Sequence record: DRR723986_1372
Length of the DNA stretch: 20,000 nucleotides
Direction: 5' to 3' (one strand)
A program made the translations under genes and the position numbers. The notes beneath the pieces are model-generated. The model had not been told where the DNA came from. It ran no database searches and saw only the letters and a list, made by a program, of their open reading frames with translations. This document shows, piece by piece, positions 1 to 7,820 of this stretch (position 1 is its first letter; each line of letters starts with the position of its first letter).

Positions 1-711
1 ATTGAGCAGGCGCGCAATTTCCCGGCTTAACGTGACCTGATCAATTTGTCGGTTCGCTGCTTTGTTCACAAGGGTCATGAATTGCTGCTGCCGCTCAAGC
101 CGTTTGTCATATCGCGATTGGGACCAGTGAATTTCGCTTTGTGCCCATGCTTCGATTTGCTTCACTTGTACCGGGTTCAATGAGCCTAACCAACGCTCGA
201 AACGTTCCTTCATGCGTTCGGCGGATTCGCGCACTCGTTCATCGGTGTTTTGCATCAAGCGTTCTTCACGATATTCGGTGTTGGATTTCTCCAGCGCTTT
301 TTGAATGTCGGACACCTGGTTGGGCCACAGGCCCAACATGTTTTTTGCAATTAAAGGAGCTGCTTCCTCGGCGGTGCGCTTGAGCGAGGCTCTAATCGCC
401 ATGTTCAGTTGTTGTACCTCGTCTGCATTCACTGGCCTGATTACGCCATTGCGCGCCGCCAGAGCTTGCCGGGCATTTTGCAGTTCATTGGCGAGTACTG
501 GAAGTTCGGCGCTTCGATGCCACGCTACGATTTTGTTCAAACTGGTTTTTAACAAAGCCGACTGCTCGGAATCGAAGTCGACTTTGCTGGTGAGGTAAGT
601 GTGGGCAAAGCTGGCCGAGTTGTTGTATCCCAGTTTAATGGCGCTGCATGCGCCCAACAGGGATAAAAACGCCATGAGCAAATAGGTTCGGGTTCGAATC
701 ACCGCTTTCAT
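1..711 (-). CDS. Lipoprotein, DUF6279-like; 3' end lies outside the window
   Basis: Manual translation from ATG at 711 is open to position 1 (MKAVIRTRTYLLMAFLSLLGACSAIKLGYNNSASFAHTYLTSKVDFDSEQ...WHRSAELP...RFERWLGSL...). Lipobox LGAC follows a basic then hydrophobic signal. The CS-x-KLGYNN, WHR-x-ELP and WLG motifs recall DUF6279 lipoproteins. Absent from the ORF track, presumably because there is no stop in the window. Confidence 0.8.
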   Translation of the reverse strand, partial: MKAVIRTRTYLLMAFLSLLGACSAIKLGYNNSASFAHTYLTSKVDFDSEQSALLKTSLNKIVAWHRSAELPVLANELQNARQALAARNGVIRPVNADEVQQLNMAIRASLKRTAEEAAPLIAKNMLGLWPNQVSDIQKALEKSNTEYREERLMQNTDERVRESAERMKERFERWLGSLNPVQVKQIEAWAQSEIHWSQSRYDKRLERQQQFMTLVNKAANRQIDQVTLSREIARLLN

Positions 712-772
712 CGCAAATTACGCTATCTGGGAAATTGCCACAGTGAGTGTGACCCTAGTCTGGTTCATTCGT

Positions 773-1342
773 TCACTGTGTCTTGAAGTCCAAAGCCCAG
801 TTTGGCAGGGGATGAACAAATTGTTGAAAGGTACCACCTTGAATCCGAAGAACTTTTTGATAGGGTTGCTGTGCGCTTGAATTGTCGAGCACCCACACAT
901 CGTCGCACAGGGCCAGGGCCGCCAATACATTGTCAATTGTTCTCGGAATTCGAGATTCAATTTTTTCGTCAGGCACGGCATGCCCTCCTTTTTCAATGCG
1001 TTGAAGTACGCGGGCTTTGTTCAGCCCGTGATGTTCCAGGTGGATAAAGACCATCACGACTTGATAGTCGAGTGCTTTGGCTTTAGCCACAAAGTCAATT
1101 TTGGAGGGATGGGAAAACACGGTTTCAAAGCAAAAATTCTTGCCTTGTTCAAGCAAATTATTGCGCAGGTTTTCGGCAATTTTTGCAGCTTCGTAACTGT
1201 GTTGCTCGGGTGCATGGGGAAATACATCACGGGCAATGTCGTCTGCATTGACAAACGGCATACCCAAAGGCTTTAACTGGGTGCGGTAAAAAGTCGATTT
1301 TCCAGCGCCATTGCCGCCCACCAGCAGCCACAGTTGCTTCAT
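773..1342 (-). CDS. Zeta toxin-like / AAA_33 P-loop kinase, putative type II toxin
   Basis: Walker A GGNGAGKST, VNADDIA, FETVFS and R-x3-R-x3-GGH-x-VP motifs. The start overlaps the upstream stop (ATGA at 1339-1342). Confidence 0.85.
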   Translation of the reverse strand: MKQLWLLVGGNGAGKSTFYRTQLKPLGMPFVNADDIARDVFPHAPEQHSYEAAKIAENLRNNLLEQGKNFCFETVFSHPSKIDFVAKAKALDYQVVMVFIHLEHHGLNKARVLQRIEKGGHAVPDEKIESRIPRTIDNVLAALALCDDVWVLDNSSAQQPYQKVLRIQGGTFQQFVHPLPNWALDFKTQ

Positions 1343-1749
1343 GCCAGCTTGACAGGCTTGAACTGACCATTTTCAAATTGACCGATCTTGATTGTGCCCT
1401 TGGGGCCAATTTGCTCGAGCAGGCCGGGGTGGGTAACACTGGCTTGATAGCGAACCTTGTTGTGGCTCACTTCGTTTATCAACTCACCGGTGGTGCGCTT
1501 CATGTCCAAATTACCAAATACCCAGTCGGCGCTGACTGGTGGCGCATTGACCTGTTCCAGTTTGACGCGCAACAGTCCTGCTTTAATTTGCAGCAACGTC
1601 TCCGGGTCTAGCAAACTCTCCACTTTTTGTCCGATGCTGGCCCAATATTCGATTTGCTCGGCCGCGCTGCGGTGATGGAGCTTGCCTAATACCGCAGCAT
1701 TGCTCATCAAATCAGACTGGATCCGAATGGGTGAAGAGGCTTTGGCCAT
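1339..1749 (-). CDS. ParD-like (ribbon-helix-helix) type II antitoxin
   Basis: N-terminus MAKASSPIRIQSDLM...HRSAAEQIEYWASIG matches the RS-x-x-x-QIE-x-WA-x-IG pattern of ParD-like antitoxins. ATG at 1749 has an AGGA Shine-Dalgarno. The track's start at 1794 falls inside the promoter. Confidence 0.8.
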   Translation of the reverse strand: MAKASSPIRIQSDLMSNAAVLGKLHHRSAAEQIEYWASIGQKVESLLDPETLLQIKAGLLRVKLEQVNAPPVSADWVFGNLDMKRTTGELINEVSHNKVRYQASVTHPGLLEQIGPKGTIKIGQFENGQFKPVKLA

Positions 1750-1782
1750 GATGTACTTCCTGATCAGCGCATTAAATAAGTC

Positions 1783-1813
1783 AAATTGTAGCATTCTGCT
1801 ACAATTTAGACAA
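1783..1813 (-). promoter_or_regulatory. Sigma70 promoter of the TA operon with overlapping palindromic operator
   Basis: On the minus strand: -35 TTGTCT (1813-1808), 17 bp spacer, -10 TACAAT (1790-1785) with a TGn extension. A perfect 11-bp inverted repeat AAATTGTAGCA-TTC-TGCTACAATTT (1783-1807) covers the spacer and -10. Confidence 0.75.
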
Positions 1814-1824
1814 TTGGCTGGAGC

Positions 1825-2838
1825 TTACAGGTTTCTGAAGACAAACTCCTTGATGGCTTGGGCACAGGGATAGGGGGTTTCGATCATTGGAAGATGGCCG
1901 ACACCGTCAAACAGGCACATTTCTGCGCGCTTGATCAGGCGTTCGAATTCGTATGCACAACTAATGTGTAGCACATCGTCTTGCTTGCCCCACATCACCA
2001 GCGTGGGCGCCGAAATATCTTCAAAAGTGGCTTTGGTGTAGTCGGGGCGGCGGCTGAGCATCTCCTGAAAGAGAAAGCCGTTTACATCGCGGCGATGGAT
2101 GAGTTCAGTGGCTGAGAAAAAAGCCGCTGATGCTGCCAAGGCCCGGTTGTGAAATACAAGGTCAGTCAATTTGATGACATCCATGGGGGCACGTGGAACC
2201 AGCCGGTTTTTTCCGCGAAGTACCTCACGAATGAAGTCGGTCTCCTCGGTGCCGGGCAGGCCCAATGCATCCATCAATACCAGGCTGGTGACCATTTCAG
2301 GAAAGCGGGCGGCCAACAGGCCTGCCAAGGCACCCCCCATGGAGTTACCCACCACGTTCACCTTGTGAACACCAATTTCAGTGAGCCAGTCGTGAAGGCG
2401 TTCGGTTTGATCCTCAAGGCCGTAGTGGCGATCCGGGTTGAAGCCACTTTCACCCCAACCTGGAAGGTCCGGAATCAAAATACGAAATTGACCCGCAAAA
2501 AAAGGCAGCAGCGGCAGCCAGTGTTCTTTGGCGGCTGCGAAGCCATGCATCAACAACAGGGCAGGGCTACTTTCACTGCCGATTTCGAGCCACACCAATT
2601 TGTCTTTGCCCACGCCGATACGCTTTCGGTGCACTCCAACCAAGCCCCCGTACCACGGGTTTAAGCGGGTGAAACTAAACAATTTGGGGCGCCAATCCCG
2701 CAGTTTTTCGGGGTTAATCTCAGGGGCATGGCGCAAGAATGCTTCACCCACATGGTCGAAATACTGATCGACCAGTTTTGCGCCTTCGCTAATTGGAGTG
2801 ACTTCTTTGCCTTTGGACTTGCGGACAGGTTTGGCCAA
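1825..2838 (-). CDS. Alpha/beta fold hydrolase (lipase/esterase family)
   Basis: HGF oxyanion motif, PDLPGWG, nucleophile elbow GNSMGG, WGKQD acid region and GHLP catalytic His. TTG start preceded by GAAGG. Confidence 0.9.
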   Translation of the reverse strand: MAKPVRKSKGKEVTPISEGAKLVDQYFDHVGEAFLRHAPEINPEKLRDWRPKLFSFTRLNPWYGGLVGVHRKRIGVGKDKLVWLEIGSESSPALLLMHGFAAAKEHWLPLLPFFAGQFRILIPDLPGWGESGFNPDRHYGLEDQTERLHDWLTEIGVHKVNVVGNSMGGALAGLLAARFPEMVTSLVLMDALGLPGTEETDFIREVLRGKNRLVPRAPMDVIKLTDLVFHNRALAASAAFFSATELIHRRDVNGFLFQEMLSRRPDYTKATFEDISAPTLVMWGKQDDVLHISCAYEFERLIKRAEMCLFDGVGHLPMIETPYPCAQAIKEFVFRNL

Positions 2839-2916
2839 GATGGACCTTCTATTTTTAGTATTGATACATGATTAGCAAAGCATACTTCGAATAATTACAA
2901 AGATATTTCTACAACA

Positions 2917-2950
2917 CAAAACCGGATAATCTTTGTATCGGTATTTTTTG
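2917..2950. terminator. Possible weak hairpin terminator
   Basis: Imperfect inverted repeat CAAAAACCGGATA...TATCGGTATTTTTTG with A/T tracts on both sides. It lies downstream of the minus-strand remnant that ends at 3023. Confidence 0.3.
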
Positions 2951-3022
2951 CATCATTCGGGGCTCGGCTTACACTGTCCTTGCAAGCCAACCCCATATTT
3001 TTGAGTGTTCCCTCAGATTGTG

Positions 3023-3136
3023 TCAGGTGGGCGACACAGTGGAATCTATTGCGGTGCGGAATTCCTCCGGTATCAGCAATTCATAGGTGGCCCCAGTGCC
3101 TGGCAAGTTGGGCAGGCCGGGCAAGGCTGGCAGGTT
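3023..3136 (-). pseudogene. Putative C-terminal remnant of a lost minus-strand gene (NLPALPGLPNLPGTGATYELLIPEEFRTAIDSTVSPT*)
   Basis: The minus frame reads as a natural Pro/Leu linker plus C-terminus. The plus frame over the same bases (WQVGQAGQGWQV) reads like antisense and has no PhoD motifs. Confidence 0.4.
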
Positions 3137-4231
3137 GCACGCGCTTTTTGGGAATGGACTCCCTCGCGCCCTGTGAAAGCCGATGGCAGCGGTGAATTCA
3201 TTTTTTACCCAGACATCGAATACCCCGTGCCCGTCGATCCTTTGTTGGTGTACCGCAGTTTGAACTTTGGCCCACTGGCCAGCATTCGAGCGCTGGATAC
3301 GCAAAGTTATCTGCCCGGCTATGGTTTGCAAGCCGATGCATCGCATTTGCCGGAAGGTTCACTGAGCCTCTTCGGCAAAACACAGTTCGATTGGCTACTT
3401 TCACAACTTCGCAAAGATGAAGCGGAAGGTGTGGTGTGGAAGGTGCTGAACAACCAAACCTGGATTGCGCCGTGGGTCGTGCCCAATGTAGTGGGCTCAC
3501 CGGTTGTGCCGTTGCCTGTGCGCTGGAACGACTACAACACCGAGCGCAATTTGTTGATTTCGCAATTGCGCGGCACAGCCGATGTGCCTTTCGTAAATGG
3601 CACTGTGTTTGTCTCGGGCGACATGCACGGTAACTGGATTGCTGATGTTGTGGAAGATGATCAAACGGGATTGCTGAATCAATATCAAGTGGCACCACCT
3701 GTGCCCACCTTGCGCCAAGGCACGACACCAGAAAATCTTGCAGCCGGTTTTCAGCGGGCAGCCACTGCCAATTTGCCCGGTGTGAATTTGCGCGCGGCTT
3801 CAGCCGCTGTTGAATTTGCACCTTCGTCCATGGGGCGGGGTGGGGCCGATGAACTTGTAGCCAATGCTTTACCCGGGAGCCCATTTGCCGTGCATGTTGC
3901 AGCCAGCAGGGCGATCGAGGCCGCCACCATGCTGGGCAACAAGCACGTGCAGTTCATGGAATGGGTTGAACACGGTTACGGCATTGTGCAACTGGAGCAA
4001 GACAAAGCCATATTTGAATGCTGGTGGCAAAACAAATTGCAGGAAAATGCACCTGATGTGTTGGGTGTACAAATGGTGAGTTTTGCAAATGATGAGCCCA
4101 CACGTTTGCCCACGCCGCGATTCAAAAACCAGGTTGATTCGGTCATCCTGCACGGCATGTCTGTTCAACCCAGCAGCAGCTCTCGGGCAGCGCCTTTGGC
4201 ACCCATACCCGCCCAGGTATTAGCGCGTTAG
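3134..4231 (+). pseudogene. phoD: 5'-truncated alkaline phosphatase D (PhoD) family gene
   Basis: C-terminal PhoD motifs are present: AFWEWTP, YRSLNFG, LDTQ, QFDWL, WNDY-x-x-ER, SGDMH, EF-x-x-SS, HGY. The export signal, PhoD_N domain and the GD-x-x-Y and WDDHE metal-binding motifs are missing. The open frame extends to GTG at 3005, but that part is not PhoD-like. Confidence 0.7.
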
Positions 4232-4287
4232 TTGGCAAATTAGTTGACGACTTGGTTGGCGAATGAGTTGGCCAATTAGTTGATCAA
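4228..4287. repeat. Five imperfect 12-bp tandem repeats
   Basis: TTAGTTGGCAAA / TTAGTTGACGAC / TTGGTTGGCGAA / TGAGTTGGCCAA / TTAGTTGATCAA. They fill the whole gap between the convergent phoD and kinase stop codons. Confidence 0.8.
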
Positions 4288-5994
4288 CAGCTGTATCAAA
4301 TTCATCACCAGCAAAATTGCCGCCAGCACTTGCCACAGCAACACCGGGTTTTTTTCAATCAGGGGTTGCTTGGCCACACTGGCTTCCAGCATGGTGTTAG
4401 GCACGGTCAGGTCTTGCAAAAATTCACTGAGCGCATCGTAGCGATACCGTGGGTTGGGTTGAAGCGCTTTGCGCAAGCAGGCCTCTACCCACAGCGGCAA
4501 ATCACGGCGCGGGTGGTTGGCTGGAATGTAGCGCAAATCGCTGTAGCTTTTCAGTTCAACCTGCTTCACCGACTTTTCCGCAAAGGGCAGGGAACCAGTC
4601 AGCATTTCATACACCACCACGGCCAGTGAAAACAAATCTGATTTGAATGTTCCCACTTCACCCATCAGGTACTCTGGGGCCACATAATTGACGCTCCCTT
4701 GCGGTACCGATTTGTCCAGTGGTGAAATCAGTTCATCGGCACCTGCGATCAGTACGGTGCCGAAGTCGAGAATTTTCACGCAGCCGTTCGAGTCGATCAT
4801 GATGTTCTCGGGTTTGATGTCCTGGTGCACCATGTCGGCACGCTGAAACGCACGCAGCCCGGCCACCACCTGCTTCACAATGCGTCGCACCGCATCCATG
4901 CCGGGTTTGGGGTTGTCATACATCCATTCCCGCAGGTTGATGCCTTCAATGTATTCACCAAGATAATACAAAAACTGCTTCGGGCGTTTGGGCACATGGG
5001 TGCGCATCACATTCACATGTTGCACGCTTTGTCCCACCCATTCTTCGCGAACAAAACCGCTTAGGTACATCGCGTCTTCCGCGAAATTCAGTGAGGGTGT
5101 TTTCAATGTGAATTGTTCACCGGTTTCCATGTCGCGCACGCGGTACATGTGGCTGCGGGTTCCGCTGAAAATAATTTCAAGTACTTCATAGCCATCTATT
5201 TTGTTGCCCACCTGAAGCACAGGCGGTATGGGCAATTGTGTCAACTTGCGGTGCACCTCATCCAGCGTTTCATGGGGCAGGGCATCGACCGCCATCAGCA
5301 ACACGGTCAGGTTGTCATCGCTGCCTGCATTTAGCGCGGCCTGTACCATGTGCCTGGCGAGTTGCTCCAGGTGGCCTGTGCCGTGCTGTGCAATCAGGGC
5401 CAGCAGCTCAGGGCGCTTCAAAACGCCGTGAACGCCGTCGGTGCTCAGCAATACCAGGTCACCCACCTGCAATTCATGCGTGCTGTAGTCCAGTTCCAGG
5501 TGGCGGTCGGCGCCCAGTGCACGCGACAAATATTCCTGCCCGCGTTCTGTGCGCACGTGGTCTTGGGTCAGGCGTTCAATGGCATCACCGCGCACGTGAT
5601 ATACCCGTGAATCGCCCACATGAAAACAGTGCAGGGTATTGGATTTCAATACCACCACGCTGAAAGTGGTCAAAAGGCTGTCGTTGTGGCTGGCCCGGTT
5701 GGTATTCTGTTGATAAATCCACGCATTCAGACCGGAAATGATTTGTCGGGCTGACTTGTGAACGCTCCACGTGTAGGGAGTGGCGGCATAGTCATCGAGA
5801 AAACTGGTTACCGCCGTTTGGCTGGCCACATGAGAGTCAGCACAACTGCTCACGCCATCGGCAATGGCGGCAGCTGCACCTTTCAGCAAGTTGGATTCGG
5901 CTTGCCCGCACCATGCAGCAAAGGCATCCTGATTCACAGGTTTTTGGCCTGCGATGGAATAACCACCAAACCGAACTTGCAGAGTGCTGCTCAT
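4276..5994 (-). CDS. Bifunctional PP2C phosphatase / Hanks-type Ser/Thr protein kinase with C-terminal TM helix
   Basis: PP2C motifs NQD, IADG, HVGDSR, STDG, DDNLT. Kinase motifs LKT, HQDIKPEN, DFG, APE, SDLFS. Hydrophobic C-terminus. ATG at 5994 (AAGG upstream) is preferred over TTG at 6027. Confidence 0.9.
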   Translation of the reverse strand: MSSTLQVRFGGYSIAGQKPVNQDAFAAWCGQAESNLLKGAAAAIADGVSSCADSHVASQTAVTSFLDDYAATPYTWSVHKSARQIISGLNAWIYQQNTNRASHNDSLLTTFSVVVLKSNTLHCFHVGDSRVYHVRGDAIERLTQDHVRTERGQEYLSRALGADRHLELDYSTHELQVGDLVLLSTDGVHGVLKRPELLALIAQHGTGHLEQLARHMVQAALNAGSDDNLTVLLMAVDALPHETLDEVHRKLTQLPIPPVLQVGNKIDGYEVLEIIFSGTRSHMYRVRDMETGEQFTLKTPSLNFAEDAMYLSGFVREEWVGQSVQHVNVMRTHVPKRPKQFLYYLGEYIEGINLREWMYDNPKPGMDAVRRIVKQVVAGLRAFQRADMVHQDIKPENIMIDSNGCVKILDFGTVLIAGADELISPLDKSVPQGSVNYVAPEYLMGEVGTFKSDLFSLAVVVYEMLTGSLPFAEKSVKQVELKSYSDLRYIPANHPRRDLPLWVEACLRKALQPNPRYRYDALSEFLQDLTVPNTMLEASVAKQPLIEKNPVLLWQVLAAILLVMNLIQLLIN

Positions 5995-6019
5995 GGTGCC
6001 TTTGCTGGTCGTTGTCTGT

Positions 6020-7489
6020 TTATCCAACCCGAATCAATTCAACTGTGCCATCTTCTTTCACTTCGGCCATGTGGCCTTGAGGTTCTTCCATGAACAACAG
6101 TGTAATAAAGCCCACCACGGCTGTTAAAGCAATCACGAAGAAAAATGCCTGATAGCTGACAAACGACAACACTGTGAGGTAAACCACAGCACCTACATTG
6201 CCGTACGCACCTGTCATGCCCGCAATTTGACCAGTCAAGCGGCGCTTGATCAAAGGCACCGCTGCAAATACAGCGCCTTCACCGGCCTGCACAAAAAATG
6301 AACAGGCCATGGTGGTGATCACGGCCAACCACAATGGCCAGCTTGATTCAGTCAAACCCATCAGGGCATAGCCCACAGCCAGCCCAGCAGTCAAAATTAG
6401 CAAAGTACGCTTGCGACCAAATTTGTCGCTGATCCAGCCTCCACCGGGGCGCGACATCAGGTTCATGAAAGCGTACATGGAGGCGACAAGACCTGCGTAC
6501 ACGGGGCTGAGTGAAAAGGTTTCCGAGTAGAACAATGGCAACATCGAAACTACAGCCAATTCAGAACCAAATGTGGCGAAATAAAGTACGTTCAACACAG
6601 CCACTTGTTTGAATTTGTAGCGGTGCAATTCAGGTACAGGGGTTTTGAAAATATCGCTGTTCACCTTGTAGGCGCTGTAGCAGTCGTAAACCAGTATCAA
6701 TACCAAAATGCCGTAGAGGATATTGGCCGCTGAACTGCTCAGCATGCTGACCCCCTCGGGCGACAATTTCCAGATCAACAACGCCAATGCGGCGTACATG
6801 GGCAGTTTCATCAGCAGCATGAAGTAGAAATCGCTGACGCTGGTGACTTCCATGCCACCGCTTTTCTTGGGTTTGAAGTAGGTAGAGCCCTTTGGGGTGT
6901 CGCTGACATTGAAATACCAGACTGCACTGAATACCAGACAGATTGCACCGGTCATCGCAATTGCGTAGCGCCAGCCATCTGGCCCGCCAAATACCAAGGC
7001 AAGAGTGGGAAGCACCATGGCTGCTCCGGCTGAGCCGAAGTTGCCCCAACCACCGTAAATGCCCTCGGCAGTGCCCAATTGGTGAGCTGGAAACCATTCA
7101 CTGACCATGCGAATACCGATGACAAACCCCGCACCGATGAAGCCCAGCAGAAATCTGGAAATGGCGGCCTGTGCGAAGTCGGTTGAAAAAGCGAACATGA
7201 AACAGGGAATCGCAGAAACAAACAGCAAGGCTGCATAAACAATTCTGGGACCAAACTTGTCGGTCAACATGCCGATCAGGATTCGGGCTGGAATGGTCAG
7301 CGCCACATTCAGAATCAGCAGGGTTTTGACCTGTTCCTTGCTGAGGTTCAGCGATTCAGCAATGGCGCCAAGCATGGGTGCATGGTTGAACCAAACAAAG
7401 AAGGTAATAAAAAATGCAATCCAGCTCATATGGAGGATTTTCATTTTTCCTGCAAAAGAAAACAGATTTAGCTTGGCATGGTCGTTCAT
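6020..7489 (-). CDS. NarK/NasA-family nitrate/nitrite MFS transporter
   Basis: Multi-TM MFS protein with nitrate-signature-like segments ([28 protein letters not shown]), TFGSEL and [13 protein letters not shown] at 7489 (MNDHAKL) is likely because the longer start lies inside the leader terminator. Confidence 0.92.
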   Translation of the reverse strand: MNDHAKLNLFSFAGKMKILHMSWIAFFITFFVWFNHAPMLGAIAESLNLSKEQVKTLLILNVALTIPARILIGMLTDKFGPRIVYAALLFVSAIPCFMFAFSTDFAQAAISRFLLGFIGAGFVIGIRMVSEWFPAHQLGTAEGIYGGWGNFGSAGAAMVLPTLALVFGGPDGWRYAIAMTGAICLVFSAVWYFNVSDTPKGSTYFKPKKSGGMEVTSVSDFYFMLLMKLPMYAALALLIWKLSPEGVSMLSSSAANILYGILVLILVYDCYSAYKVNSDIFKTPVPELHRYKFKQVAVLNVLYFATFGSELAVVSMLPLFYSETFSLSPVYAGLVASMYAFMNLMSRPGGGWISDKFGRKRTLLILTAGLAVGYALMGLTESSWPLWLAVITTMACSFFVQAGEGAVFAAVPLIKRRLTGQIAGMTGAYGNVGAVVYLTVLSFVSYQAFFFVIALTAVVGFITLLFMEEPQGHMAEVKEDGTVELIRVG

Positions 7490-7513
7490 GACGAATGGCT
7501 CTTTTTTGAAATC

Positions 7514-7571
7514 AAAATAAAAAGCGCCCACCGTTTGAAAAAATCAGTAGATTCATTCAAATGGTGAGCGC
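7514..7571 (-). terminator. Intrinsic terminator (attenuator) in the nitrate transporter leader
   Basis: Minus strand GCGCTCACCATTTGAA...TTCAAACGGTGGGCGC forms a 16-position stem with one mismatch and one G-U pair. It is followed by TTTTTATTTT and ends about 25 nt before the start codon. Confidence 0.85.
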
Positions 7572-7664
7572 CTTTGCCCGTTTTTGCTGCAAATGAAAGC
7601 CTTGCGCACTCAAAAGGTGCGATTGACCCTCCCACGCAGTCTCGATCTCCGGCTTTGGACTCGA
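7566..7664 (-). promoter_or_regulatory. ANTAR (NasT/NasR-type) dual-hairpin RNA target
   Basis: Two hexaloop hairpins with A1/G4 loops: UCC-AAAGCC-GGA (7659-7648) and GGGC-AAAGGC-GCUC (7579-7566). The second overlaps the 5' arm of the terminator. Confidence 0.75.
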
Positions 7665-7688
7665 AAACAGCATGTATGAATGCTGCAA

Positions 7689-7705
7689 TGCAGAAACTGT
7701 GCCAG
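7689..7705 (-). promoter_or_regulatory. Sigma54 (-24/-12) promoter
   Basis: CTGGCACAGTTTCTGCA matches YTGGCAC-N5-TTGCW with correct GG/GC spacing. It lies directly upstream of the ANTAR leader and the nitrate transporter. Confidence 0.8.
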
Positions 7706-7820
7706 CCCGCAAAACGTGAACCAAGAATGTCGATCACGGTCTATGCAATATGGATAAAATAAGTAGGCCTTACAAGGCAGTAGTTTGTGCGGTAACTCCA
7801 GTAGCAAAAGGGTGATTCAA

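Noticed and set aside
141-598. Plus-strand ORFs 141..383 and 305..598, and similar short ORFs elsewhere (e.g. 3198..3884, 16599..17180, 17713..18201)
   Set aside because: They are antisense or alternative-frame shadows of well-supported genes and carry no recognisable motifs.
1750-1794. Longer antitoxin start at 1794
   Set aside because: It lies within the promoter/operator. The RBS supports ATG 1749.
712-1824. Mobile element carrying the TA module
   Set aside because: No transposase or integrase, and I could not find flanking direct or terminal inverted repeats.
3005-4231. Intact 408-aa alkaline phosphatase
   Set aside because: No signal peptide, no clear RBS, and the N-terminal metal-binding motifs are absent.
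4228-4287. CRISPR array or iterons
   Set aside because: Units are only 12 bp, contiguous with no spacers, and there are no cas or rep genes.
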